DNA of 64,000 nt from Octopus bimaculoides (GCF_001194135.2 NC_068981.1:120978405-121042404); one strand, 5' to 3'; positions 26,552-39,460 are shown, counted from the first letter of the stretch. The notes: a model not told the origin generated them from the letters alone. Program-made: numbers and translations.

Positions 26552-27595
26552 CGTATGTGTATGTATATATATATGCATATATATATAAATGTGTGTATAT
26601 ATATATCTATGTGTGTGTGTTTATATATGTATGTATATTTATATATGTATACATATGTGTGTGTGTGTATGTGTGTATTATCATTATGGCCTGTTAATAC
26701 TATTAATTTCACATTTCCTGGTTAAGAGAGAGAAAGATAGAGAGAGAGTAACATTGATTGAAATAGATAGCTATATAGACAGCTTGAAGGTGGGATGAAT
26801 GGATAGTTATAGAGATGGATATATAGAAAGACACAAGTAGTTCTAAACAAGCAAATTCCTTATCTAATTGTGGGAAGGAGTTGACAGTAATATTATGTTT
26901 CATGAAATAATTAGATAAACTAAACTATTAGTTTGGCAATAAAAGGTTGCTGAATAGAATAAACCTAAGTTAATTGGGGATGTTGTTAACAAATACTGAC
27001 AGGTCATTTCTTGTTCCTATATTTCATTAGCAATCCTAAATTGTAACACTACCTGGTAATGTATGGGTATGTGTATATATGAGTGTGTGTGTGTTAATTT
27101 GGATTCATAGAATTCTGTGGTGATCACAGGAAGCTCCTATCATGGACCTGGCTATCATATCACACAGTAATCCAATATGGAAGAATATAATGCAGGGTTT
27201 TATGCAGCTGAAATCCAGGAGATCCATTGATGGAATTATTTCATGAGGAGTATATAAACCATGTGTGCATGTATATGATATACTACCACATGACTTGTAA
27301 AATAAATGAGATCTCAAAACAGGACTTTTGCTAGTAGTAAACATAACTCTTTTACCTAATACATGTATTGAATCCTTATTTAAACTAGGGTCTTCCTAGC
27401 GCCATTCTGGGTGCATTACACACTCACAGAGATAATATATCTATATATCATATATATCAGCGGCAACGGTAGCAGCAACAGCAGCACCAATGACTCACAA
27501 CGATGACAACAGGTGCAACAACAGCAGCAACAGGCATAATGGCAACAGTAGCAGCAACAGCAACAACAACAGCAGCACCTGCAACAGCAGCAAGG

Positions 27596-28240
27596 TCAAT
27601 GACATCATGCGCCCACAGTAGTACATGGGGTGCACTTGGAACTCTCTCATATAGCATATTTCCAATCATTTGGCCTCCTTCAGCATCCCGGAAAGGGGAT
27701 ATGTGACATTGCTGGCCAGCCATATCTGGCAATTACGAAACGAAGAGATTCCATACTCAATTGCATGGAAAATACTTGAGAACCCAGGCCCCTACATCAG
27801 CGGGATGAAATGGTGCAAGTTATGCATTGCTGAATGCACGAGGATCCTTAAGGACTTGCTCATGCCAGGGGGAATCTTGAACTCCAGGACGGAGATTTTC
27901 AGACAATGCTTGCATTTAGAAAATTCCTGCTGGCTTTTTGGGATCCGCATGGCTGCACCACAGCTGGAAACCATAGCCAAGGCTGAAGGGAGACAATTGT
28001 TTATCTTTGTGGTGCTTTGGTGACTGCAAGATAACAGCACGACTGAAGATTGATAGACAATGGCAAAGCGAGATAATCACCTAGGGTTTTACCCTTAAAC
28101 ACGAGGCTTTTCTCCACTTTATATTTTAAAGAGGTCTCAAGCCAGCATGTCTGGGATTTAAAGATACAATGTAAGACTAAACCTCTTATGAGTGAGAAAC
28201 CCAGGGTAGCCACATAAACTGGCCTACTCCACTATAATTA
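27596..28240 (+). mobile_element. Second Penelope-like GIY-YIG remnant plus 3' UTR
   Basis: YMGCT..HISNHLASF..LASHIWQLRNEEIPYSIAWKILENPGPYISGMKWCKLCIAE..LNSRTEIFRQCLH, the typical PLE endonuclease C-terminus. Confidence 0.85.
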
Positions 28241-28796
28241 TANNNNNNNNNNNNNNNNNNNNNNNNNNNNNNNNNNNNNNNNNNNNNNNNNNNNNNNNNN
28301 NNNNNNNNNNNNNNNNNNNNNNNNNNNNNNNNNNNNNNNNNNNNNNNNNNNNNNNNNNNNNNNNNNNNNNAGGTATATATTAAGGTATGTGGTTTATATT
28401 AAGGTTTTTATAGTTAGTTGTAACTGAAAGATGTTTTAAGAACAATTTTGATTGATTAAATTATGTGAAGGCACATAGTTCAGTGATTACAGCATCAGCC
28501 TCACAATCCTGAGGTAGTGAGTTTGATTTCTGGACCAGGCTGTGTGTGGTGTTCTTGAGCAAGACACTTTATTTCACATTGCTCCAGTTCACTCAACTGT
28601 AGAAATGAGTTGCGAAGTTACTGGTGCCAAATTGTATTGGCCTTTCCCTTGGTGAACATTGGTAACATGGAGAGGGGAGGTTGGTATGCATGGACAACAG
28701 CTGGTCTTCCATAAATAACCTTGCCCAGACTTGTGCCTCGGAGGGTAACTCTCTATGTGCCAATTCATGGTCATTCATGACCAAAGTGAGTTCTTA

Positions 28797-28838
<42 letters not shown>
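28797..28838. repeat. (GATA)n microsatellite
   Basis: Direct reading. Confidence 0.95.
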
Positions 28839-28839
<1 letters not shown>

Positions 28840-29847
28840 TCATTTTTATACAAGAATGTTGTTGAAAGTGACTTCAAAGTTTTGGCAGCTAAGCCATCAT
28901 CGGATTGTGATACATTAGAGTTAGTCTTGGCTTTTAACTCTGTTGAATTAAAATCATCTTTGGGTGTGTGGGTTTGAAAGGGTGGTAATAAGGTTTTTAT
29001 AGTTGATTATTATTGAAAGGTGTTTTAAGAAAAAATTTGATTGATTAAATTTGGTTTAATTTTGATTGTTTAAAATTTTTTCAGGTATGTAGAAATTTGT
29101 ATACAAGGTAGGCACAAGGTCTGATGGTAGTTTTGTTGCTTTTGGTATTATTGGATTTAATCCTTTTACTTTGACAATGTAAATGTCAAAGGTACAAATG
29201 CACACACCCAAAGATGATTTTAACCTTTCGCACTCTGTAGGTGCATTAGGTCACCATAGAGTTTTCTTCCCTGTAGTAACAGGGCAGTGGCATGGGAAAT
29301 ATGTTTTTGAAAAATTCAGTGTGCTAAAAGGTAACTCAATAAAGACAATATAAAGGCAAGACTAACTAATGCATCACACTCTAGCAATGGCCAAAACATC
29401 AAAGTCACTGTGAGCAACAATCTTGTATAAGAATAATAAATTTGTACTCGACAAAAGTATGGAGTAACCCATCAGATTAATGTAAAATTGTTTCTATTAT
29501 AACAATATAAAAACAAACATTGATATGTGTGTGTGTGTGTGTCTCCTTAACATTATCTGGTCATAAATAAATTTGATTACTTGTTTCTGCAGGCGAAAGT
29601 TGGCAACAAGAAGGGAACATGAGTGTGGAAAATGTGCCTCATAGAATTCTATCTGACCCATGTAAGGGTCAACAAATTAACCATCTTATAATCTATCTGT
29701 CTCTGTGTCTACTCACTTATATATATGTATGTGTGTGTGTGTGTGTGTTTGTGTGTGTGTATACTGGCGGTATCCCAGCATGGTCACAGCCTCAAGAATA
29801 TATATATACGTATATATTTATGCATACACTTATATATATATATATAA

Positions 29848-30525
29848 TTAACATAATAGGGTAAAAATTTGATATTAATTAATATTAATTCAATACCAGG
29901 AAACCAGCACATTAAAAGAACCAGAAGATTCAGAAAAATTTTTCTGAGATCCTAAAAGGATTATAGTACATGTGTATATAAAAGAGACCACTAAAGTGGA
30001 CTGTTAATGTGCTAGAAGAAGATCACTTAAAAATTCTCAAAGAAAGATTCAGCAGAGCAAAATCAGGCGGGCGAGACTAGTGAAAATTGTAAATACCTCG
30101 GTTATCTGTAGACCATGGTTTCAAAATCAACACTTTCTTAACGAAAGTATGTTTTTCTTCAGTACAGTCCGCCAACACAATCATAATCCAACAGAATATC
30201 ATGCTAGTTGTCTCCAACAAGTGAAAATGTGCATGTGATTCTATCAATTATAAAGAGTAAAATTCAAAAGTCTTAGTTTTGGTGCGCTAAATCCGGAAAT
30301 ATCTCTGCAGAAAATAATTTCTGCTTTGAATTTACCAACTTTGAGAAATGTGATTATGGTTAATTAACATAATAGGGTAACCATGGTCTACAGATAACCG
30401 AGGTATTTATAATTTTCACTAGTCTTGCCTGCCTGTTTTTGCTCCGCTGAATCTTTCTTTGAGAATTTTTAAGTGATCTTCAAGCACATTAACAGTTCAC
30501 TTTAGTGGTCACTTTTATATACACA
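29848..30525. mobile_element. Fold-back repeat: ~150-bp inverted arms (29970-30120 and 30379-30525) around a ~260-bp spacer, probably a PLE end with inverted pLTR
   Basis: The arms are reverse complements at about 90% identity by eye. aattaacataatagggtaa is directly repeated at ~29847 and ~30363. Flanked by (TA)/(CA) microsatellites. Confidence 0.7.
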
Positions 30526-30597
<72 letters not shown>

Positions 30598-30780
30598 TAT
30601 ATGTACACTTATATATATATATATATATATATTAAAAAGTCAATAAAAGAAAATGGAGAAGAAAAAATATAAAAGATGCTTGGTTCATTTTATTAGTATC
30701 ATAATTGAAAAAGTAATGCAAATTAAAAGATATACCTATAAGAACAAGTATAAAAGAAACCAAATCAACAAAACAACCCA

Positions 30781-30910
30781 AAAATATTCCTCCAAAATTC
30801 TACATATGTTTCAGTCCAACAATATGTTTGAATCATCAATAATTGTAACTTTTATAGATGTGATAAACGATATATTGTTAAATCTCTTCAGGAAAAATGA
30901 GTATATTTTC
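30781..30910 (-). ncRNA. Hammerhead ribozyme motif, slightly decayed, in a PLE-like 3' end
   Basis: Minus strand: TTC-CTGAAGA (plus 30885-30891), stem II GATTTAACAATAT/ATATTGTTGGACT, GAAA, ACATATGT palindrome, GUA triplet, then GAA. Distal stem I AAAATAT-A-CTC / GAG-GA-ATATTTT. Confidence 0.6.
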
Positions 30911-31233
30911 TGTCTTGAATTACGAAATGATTTATTTGAGAGCCATGTTTAGGAATTTTCAAATGTAAACAAACTACTTATTAGGACGCAGAGTTTATGT
31001 GATTAGAAATTTATTGTTTAAAATTTAGCTAATATTGAATATTGAAGTTCTGCTAAAACAGCAAATTCATTTGAAAAATATATCTAATTACTATATTTGA
31101 ATTTAGATTTAGATATATTTATTTATAAAAGTTTATGTGAGGGAGATGGTAGAAAGACGGATGTAACTTATCATAAGGGTGTAATATACAAAGAATTAGA
31201 TTGGGAAGCCTAAATAAAGATTGGATGAATAAG

Positions 31234-31611
31234 ATTGGTGTCATTTAGGATTAAATTGTTTAGGATATATTTTCCAGTGTCCTAAGAAAAAATATTTTGT
31301 ATTTAAGATATTAGTTATACGAACAACTATATTGTACTCACTTATGAGAAGCTAGAGAAAATGAAATAAAAAAGCTGGTGTTACAAGAAGATAGATACAA
31401 ATATAACATGAGTGTAATGTATTGTACGATAATTTTATGAGAAGTTGTACAGTGAAAAGTATAACATTGGTGTCATTTAGGATTAAATTGGTTAGGATAT
31501 AATTTCCAGTGTTCTAAGACAAAAAATATTCGGTATTAGTTATTTTGAAAAAAGAAAAAACTATATTGTATTCACAAAATGCAAGAGAAATTAAAAACTG
31601 GTGTTACAGGA
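31234..31611. repeat. Diverged tandem duplication, period ~232 bp
   Basis: attggtgtcatttaggattaaattg...ctggtgttaca occurs at 31234 and 31466. Confidence 0.8.
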
Positions 31612-32122
31612 TAAATTCCCAAGGACAAAATTTGAGCTACTAGTAATCTCGCTTTTTTTATATATGGTTAATCATTTCATTTTTCATTTTAAAAATGTAA
31701 AATAGCTTGTGTTTCCCTAGGAATTGAACATGACATCAATGCTTACATAAAAAGGACCTATGTGTGTTGCTCTTTTCTGTAATTTAAAGCGTTTGGATTT
31801 GTTTACAAATTTATAAATATATATATATATACATATATATATTTATACACATCACCATCATCATTGTTTAAGTGCTGGTGTTGATATGATACACTAAAAT
31901 TCTCTCAAAGTTGTATTCTAAAATGACCATAGTTCAATGCCTGAAATCAATATAAAAATATAAAGAAAGAAAGTAATAAAAGAATTGTCTTTTTCCTTGC
32001 CATAATATGAAGAATTACATAACAAGTACGAAGTGTCATCTGACTGAATATGGATGCTGAATCAAGTACATTTTCATAAAAACAGTGTTATTACATTGTT
32101 ATATTTTAAATCTCATTCACAG

Positions 32123-32214
32123 AATTTCAAGCCGGTTTTTGAAGAGTCAACACATGAACAGCTGTGTCCAACTAGAGAGACTGAATCTAAGTAAAACCAG
32201 AATTGATGACACAG
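32123..32214 (+). CDS. LRR gene exon
   Basis: tctcattcacag acceptor, GTCAGT donor. 92 nt, (R)ISSRFLKSQHMNSCVQLERLNLSKTRIDDT(G). Phase 2 to phase 1. Confidence 0.88.
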
Positions 32215-33648
32215 GTCAGTGCTAAGTTCTCTTTCTTTTGAATGTGAAAATAATTCTTTTATTTGTCTTTGTTGTATTTAGTGTGAGGAATTTCCTTGAG
32301 GGAGGGTAGAACCTGACATGTCTTTTCCTTGTCTTTGTCAGTTTGTTTAAAATACTTTCCTCTGGTGCTGTTTCTGCTATCAGAATAAAATAAGATAAGG
32401 AACTTTTGTAGAAGAGGAGAAAGAGAATTTGAAGCAGAAGTTTAATGGTAATGTTGTCATTGCTAGTGTTCCAATAAGTTTTGACTCTGATCTCCTCTGA
32501 AGTCTACGCCTTGTGGATTGGCAGTCATCAGAGTATCAGGAAAAATACCTTCTGGTATGTTTGTTCCGATTCATTACATTTTGAGTTCAAATTCTGCCAA
32601 GATCAATTTTGTTCTTCATCTTTTTTCTTTTTAGACTTGATAAATAAAATACTGATCAAGTGCTAGGGGCAACTTAATCAACTATATTCCTCTCCAGTTT
32701 TGTGCCTTTGTTTGAAATTATTACACTGTATAACACAATTTTTATCCTTGACTAGCAACTGTTATTTCCTATTTGTTTACTCCAAAAAGTTTGAAAAATG
32801 CATATATTTCCTTCAAACTCTGCTTTTGTTACATTTATTCAAACCCCAAAGAATCTCTCTTAACACGTAGCTATGATGCTCCCCCACTACTCCTGTTCAT
32901 GATCAGAGGTTCACAATTTGTCAGCCAATAAAGGTTATGCTCAAGTGGTTAAGTTCGAACAACTGACAAGCAAATCTGTGGTATTGAGCAGAATATTTGC
33001 TATAATGTATTTCTGCTTCAGCAATTCAGCACTGAATCTGTCTGAAATGTAATGGAAAATAGGTCAGTTTTAAAGTATTGATGTTCAGGTTACAAAAGCA
33101 AAGTTTGAAGGGACTAGGAGTAATTTCCTTCGATTTCTAGATAGAAGCAAACAGGAAATAACACTTACTGACTGAAGACAAAAAATAAAGAAAAAAAAGA
33201 AAAATTAAGATTTTGCTACACATTTTTTATTATTGTTATTTTTAAACAGTATTTTGGCCAAACACATAAAGTTTTGGACAAAGTGCCTCATGGTATTTAG
33301 TTATGGTGCTTCATGTTCAGTGCTTAAATTCCACCAAGTTCAACTTTCTGTCTCACATCCCCCATCAACACATACACACATGTCCATGTCCATTTCCTCT
33401 CTCTTTCACTTTATGCTGACTTCAAACAAAGTGTACATTTCAATCCACAAAAATAAATAAAATTTTTTTACAGAATTTACTGAACACTGTACTTTAACAG
33501 TTGTTATGTTTGAGAGTTCTGCGAGTTATAATGAAACATAGCTGAAATTTATCAAATTTATTAGTCAATTTTCAATAAAGTAAAATATTAAATTATTAAT
33601 TGACACATTATTAATTAAACATAATAGTATAGCCTGGAAAAAATACAG

Positions 33649-34555
33649 ATTACATAGAAAAATGCGAGCAAGAGAAATAATATTCTTAAGGTTATAAACC
33701 TGGAAAAGTACAGGACAAGTTGGAAAAGTTGGAAATGTTCAGGACAAGTTATTACATCTGGTAAAAGTACAGAACAAGAAAATTTTTACTTAAAACATTG
33801 TAGCTAAGGATAAAATTTGAATATTAAAAATTATTTGATTTTAATTTACAAAATAACATAATTAAAAATGGTACCATCATTTTGTGAAAATATCGACACA
33901 CTAGAATACTTAAAAAATGAGACCCAGAATTACCAATATAGCTAAAGTTTTATGCAAAGTAGAATAGTATATATTGTAGGCAAATTCATTATGTAAAAAA
34001 ATAGGCATTGGGTCGAGACTAAAAATGAGAAGACTTGGCGATAGCTTAGGCAATAACTCCTGCAAATTTTACCATGAATTCATTGTTATAGGTAGATTTT
34101 ACTGTAATATATAACTAATTTTTGTATTATGTACTACTATGTTTTTTATAACTTATTTTCAAATTTCTAATTATTAATTGATAACTTATTTTCAAATTTC
34201 TAATTATTAATTGATAATTTATTTTCAAATTTTTAATTATTAATTGATAATTTAAAAAAAAAATGAATTCTTTTAAAGTGCAAAGATTATTTTAATTGAG
34301 TTATTTAAAATTTTTAATACAAGTAACAGGTAATAACAAATACAAGTAATAACTTGTAATAAAATTTTTTGTTTTAATAAAAGCTAATATTTTCTAAATC
34401 TAAATATTCTATTTGAAATTATATCCTTAGCTGCAATATTTTAAGCAAAAATTTTCTTGTTCTGTACTTTACCAGATGTAATAACTTGTCCTGAATTTTT
34501 CCAGGTTTATAATCTTAAGAATATTATTTCTCTTGCTTGCATTTTTCTATATAAT
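33649..34555. mobile_element. ~900-bp non-autonomous DNA transposon with ~170-bp terminal inverted repeats
   Basis: 33649-33825 (atagaaaaatgcgagcaagagaaataatattcttaagg...tagctaaggata) is the reverse complement of 34410-34555. Internal 3x ~33-bp tandem at 34168-34255. Confidence 0.8.
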
Positions 34556-34559
34556 TACG

Positions 34560-35280
34560 TTATGTGTTAAGCTGGCAGAATTGTTAGCATGTCAGGCAAA
34601 ACACTTAGTGGCATTTCAAGGTTAACTTTGCCTTTCATCCTTTTGGGGTCTATAAATCATGTGTTAAGCTGGCAGAATCATTAACATGCTAGGCAAAATG
34701 CTTAACAACATTTCATCCATCTTGATGTTCTGAGTGCAAATACTATCAAGGTTGACTTTACCTTTCATCCTTTTGGGGTTGATGAAATAAGTACCAGTTG
34801 AACACTGGGATTGATGTCATTGATTTACCCCTTCCCCCGAAAAGTACTGGCCTTGTGCCAAAATGTGAAACCATTGTCATGTGTTAAGGTGGTGAGCTTG
34901 CAGAATTGTTAGCATGCTGGACAAAATGCTACCCAAGCATTTTGTCTGTCTATACATTCTGAGTTCAAATTCTACTGATGTCAACATTGTCTTTCTTCCT
35001 ATTAGGGGTCAGTGAAATAAGTACTGGCTGAGCACTGGGTTTGATGTAATTGACTAGCCCCTCCCAACAAAATTTCAGGCCTTGTGTTTATAGTAGAAAG
35101 GATTATTTTGTCATGTTGTTTAGTTATGTCATTTATATTCTGAGTTCAAAACCTGCCAGGGTTGAATGAGCTTTTGATTCTTCCATTGTCAATAAAATGA
35201 ATATCAGTCATGTACTGGAGTTTGTTTAGCTAACTCTGCCCTCTCCCCAAGGTTGTGACTTTGTGCTACTATAAAGACCA
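34560..35280 (+). mobile_element. Four head-to-tail tRNA-derived SINEs
   Basis: Repeated gagctggcagaat..ctgagttcaaat (B box)..tttgcctttcatcctttt(c)ggggt..ataagtaccag..ccttgtgcc. Confidence 0.85.
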
Positions 35281-36759
35281 TAACCACCATCATGATCATT
35301 TTTTAAAATATTTTTATTATGTGCATCTAGTGCTCAACCATATTTTCTCTTCTATGTGCCTAGGGTACATGAAATGTGTGTGCAGTAATTATTTTTATTG
35401 TCATTATTATCTAAATAATAATTAATTTAGGGGCTAAAATTACAGAAGAATTCATGTCACTGAAACATGGGAATTTAAGCATTTTGGCACTTAATATTGT
35501 AAAAGTGTATCTGATGAAACAAATTGCATAAAACATGTCTCTTGTTTTTAGAATGGGCCTCAAGAGTACCATATTCTACCTGACCTTAAATAGCAATCAT
35601 CATAAAATCATTAGACTAATTCTTGTCAGAACTAACACAGAAACTACACTCTTTGTTGTTAATGCCTTTAATAGTCAATGTGATAACTATATTCAACTTC
35701 ATTAATTCTTCTTAGAAATCATACAATAACTACACTCACATTCATTGTTTCTTGACAAAGAATGTCAGGACTACACTCCTCTTCATTATTTCTTGCTGTA
35801 GCGAATGCAAAAATTACATTCACAATAATTAACCCTTTGGCATTTAATCCAGCCATATCTGGCCCAAATATTCTCCCTGTTTTAAGTTAAAATTGACCAG
35901 ATCCAAACTCTCACACCTACTTTACAATGTCATTCTAAAAATATACAAACACACCATTGAAATCTTGAAGCTACAAAATAATGTGTGATTACATGTTTAG
36001 GTTATCTCTATAGAAAATCTATAGAAAATCTGTAAAGGGTAAAGACCCTCTTCGCTCATGAATGACCATGAGATTGCACCTAGTTACCTTTCAAAGCACA
36101 AGTCTGGGCAGTGTTGTTTGTGGAAGACTAGCAGTCACCCCTCTCTATGCCAGTCACCAGCCTCCCCTCTCTATGCCACCAATGTTATCCAAGGGAAAGG
36201 CAAAGGCAAAGGCCAATACAGCTCAGCACCAGTGATGCTGCAACTCATTTCTACAAATGAGTGAACTGGAGCGATGTGAAATAAAGTGTATGTTAGACTG
36301 CGACAGCATGAAAGGTGAAAATAGGAACCTCTGGCCTTTGATGTGTCATCTGATAATGTCCTTATAGATTCCTTTATTGACCATCTGGTACCTTCTTTAA
36401 TGACTGATACCCTTCTTGCTCACCTCTTGATTGGCCAATCCATACTCTCTCTACATGATTATCTGGTAGGTAGTCTCCATCATGACTCATCTTGTAGCTG
36501 CCTTATAGAGCTCTTGATTGTCATTTGGTACTCTCACTACTGGATTCTTGATTGGTCATCTGATAGCCACCCTACTCATTCCTTGACTGGTCATCTTGAA
36601 CCTTCCTTACTGATCCTTTGATTTACGAGCTGCCATTCTCCCTACTGACCACTTAATTTGTCATTTAGTACTTTCCCTACTGTCTTGTTCCTCTATGATA
36701 TCTTTTTTTTTTTTTGAATACCAATATCTATAACAAATGTATTTATTGTTTTTCACCAG

Positions 36760-37004
36760 GTCTGGTCTGCCTGCATTTGCCACTCCTGTCTCTCCTCAAC
36801 TTGGATGGTACCCGAGTGCGTCCCACTGCAGTCTCTGAGCTGAAAGGATGTCCCAAATTACAACGGGTTACTCTAAACAACCTGGTCACCGTTAGCACCA
36901 ATGAAGAGGTTGCTGCTGACAGTGAGGAAGATCAGCAACAGCAGCAGCAGCAGCAGCCTGAACAACAGCAGGAGCAGCAGCAACAGGAGGCAGGCGAGCA
37001 ATAA
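36760..37004 (+). CDS. LRR gene last coding exon, with acidic/poly-Q tail and TAA stop
   Basis: ttgtttttcaccag acceptor. Translates (G)LVCLHLPLLSLLNLDGTRVRPTAVSELKGCPKLQRVTLNNLVTVSTNEEVAADSEEDQQQQQQQQPEQQQEQQQQEAGEQ*, stop at 37002-37004. The six exons sum to 593 nt with consistent phases. Confidence 0.9.
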
Positions 37005-37740
37005 CATCTACTGTAGCAACAACAACAACAGCAGCAACTAGCAGTTGCACAGAACAACGATAACAACAACAGCAACATCAACAGAAATAACAGTATTGTG
37101 AAAACAAATTCAACAAAAGAACATCACTGGAAGCAGTAACAAGCACAACAACAACAACAACAACAACAAAAAATTATCACAACAATATCTTCAACAACAA
37201 CAATAACAGCTGCAAAGGAACGATGACAGCAACAACAAAAGCAGTAACAGTCGGATTAACACCCAAAATAAATTTTAAAAGACACATTTAGCAACAAGAT
37301 TTAACAAAAAGCAATTACATCTTTCACCTCCATTTCCACAATAACAACAACACCAACATGTTTTGTGTAAAAAAAAAAAAAGAAAGATTAAACGTCCAGT
37401 TACTGCTAAATGCCTAATATTCTGCCATTTTTCATTTGTTTATTTATTTATTTATTTATTTGTTTTATTTGTTTGTTTGTTATCATTGATCTCCATCGCC
37501 ACCACTACTACCACTACCACAACCACAACCCCTCCACCTACATATCAGAACTTTATTTCTCTCCTATTGCCTCATACTTGCCCAATGCTTCAACACGACA
37601 ACCATCACGCCACCACCACCACCGCCACTACTACCACCACCACCACTATCACGAACACTGTCATCATCATCATCATCATCATTACAGTTGTCCATCCATT
37701 TGTTCACAACCAACAGTTTGTATTAATCTGCCATTTGTCC
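37005..37740 (+). repeat. Probable 3' UTR dominated by (CAA/CAG)n, (CAC)n and (CAT)n trinucleotide repeats; candidate AATAAA at 37267-37272
   Basis: Direct reading of repeats after the stop codon. Use of the polyA signal cannot be shown from sequence alone. Confidence 0.5.
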
Positions 37741-37885
37741 AGTGCTGAATATGTTGCTTTACCCCGGTGACATTTTATTTGTGTTTTTTTTTTTATATTA
37801 TCATATATATATTCACACACATAGTGTACACACACACACATGCACACACACGTTATTGGTACAGACAAGTACTGGATCATTTTAA

Positions 37886-38103
37886 CCCTTCAGCATTTAA
37901 AACATCCATATCCAGCCCAAATATTCTTCCTGTTTTATGGTTGAAACTGGCCTGTGATCTGATCTCTAACACCTATTCTACAATGTAATTCTAAATATAA
38001 ACAATCATTGAAATCTCAAAGCTATGAGATAATGAATGATTAATTCAAAACAATGAGAATAAGTAAATGTTACATTTGACAGAATAATCTGAATGTTAAA
38101 GGG
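37886..38103. mobile_element. piggyBac-type MITE with TTAA target-site duplication; partial copies 23875-23990 and 35829-35995, ends at ~21280 and ~25290
   Basis: TTAA(37882-37885)-CCCTTCAGCATT ... AATGTTAAAGGG-TTAA(38104-38107). Confidence 0.85.
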
Positions 38104-38429
38104 TTAACCTGACATTGCCCTTCCCCCTGCAAAATAATTTGTGACCCTTTGCTTCTAATGGAAATGATCATTGTCCCTACTATCACAAGTTAGAAATCTA
38201 TATTTCATAAATTTATATAACAAAACAGGAATCTGGAAACAATTGTTTGGTATTATTCATTCACCATTACACATGTTTCATTTACTAATAGGAATCACAG
38301 AATTGTATGTGTTGAATAGGTGCAGGCATGGCTGTGTGGTAAGAAGCTTACTTCCCAATCACATGGTTCTGGGTTCTGTTCCACTGCATGGCACCTTAGG
38401 CAAATGTCTTCTACTATAGCCTCGAGCTG

Positions 38430-38474
<45 letters not shown>

Positions 38475-39460
38475 ACATGTCTCTTAAAGGATAGAGCTCA
38501 AAATCAATGCATTGAAGATACTTTATTGCAGCAACAATTATAACAACAGNNNNNNNNNNNNNNNNNNNNNNNNNNNNNNNNNNNNNNNNNNNNNNNNNNN
38601 NNNNNNNNNNNNNNNNNNNNNNNNNNNNNNNNNNNNNNNNNNNNNNNNNNNNNNNNNNNNNNNNNNNNNNNNNNNNNNNNNNNNNNNNNNNNNNNNNNNN
38701 NNNNNNNNNNNNNNNNNNNNNNNNNNNNNNNNNNNNNNNNNNNNNNNNNNNNNNNNNNNNNNNNNNNNNNNNNNNNNNNNNNNNNNNNNNNNNNNNNNNN
38801 NNNNNNNNNNNNNNNNNNNNNNNNNNNNNNNNNNNNNNNNNNNNNNNNNNNNNNNNNNNNNNNNNNNNNNNNNNNNNNNNNNNNNNNNNNNNNNNNNNNN
38901 NNNNNNNNNNNNNNNNNNNNNNNNNNNNNNNNNNNNNNNNNNNNNNNNNNNNNNNNNNNNNNNNNNNNNNNNNNNNNNNNNNNNNNNNNNNNNNNNNNNN
39001 NNNNNNNNNNNNNNNNNNNNNNNNNNNNNNNNNNNNNNNNNNNNNNNNNNNNNNNNNNNNNNNNNNNNNNNNNNNNNNNNNNNNNNNNNNNNNNNNNNNN
39101 NNNNNNNNNNNNNNNNNNNNNNNNNNNNNNNNNNNNNNNNNNNNNNNNNNNNNNNNNNNNNNNNNNNNNNNNNNNNNNNNNNNNNNNNNNNNNNNNNNNN
39201 NNNNNNNNNNNNNNNNNNNNNNNNNNNNNNNNNNNNNNNNNNNNNNNNNNNNNNNNNNNNNNNNNNNNNNNNNNNNNNNNNNNNNNNNNNNNNNNNNNNN
39301 NNNNNNNNNNNNNNNNNNNNNNNNNNNNNNNNNNNNNNNNNNNNNNNNNNNNNNNNNNNNNNNNNNNNNNNNNNNNNNNNNNNNNNNNNNNNNNNNNNNN
39401 NNNNNNNNNNNNNNNNNNNNNNNNNNNNNNNNNNNNNNNNNNNNNNNNNNNNNNNNNNNN

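Noticed and set aside
28040-28110. CTGAAGA after the second PLE GIY-YIG remnant as a hammerhead
   Set aside because: No GAAA with flanking stems could be built (CGAGA / CGAGG only). Too decayed to call.
29087-29109. Possible 23-nt micro-exon (ttttcag|...caag|gtagg) in intron 4
   Set aside because: The flanking exons already join in phase without it, its length would frameshift, and it lies within an old repeat.
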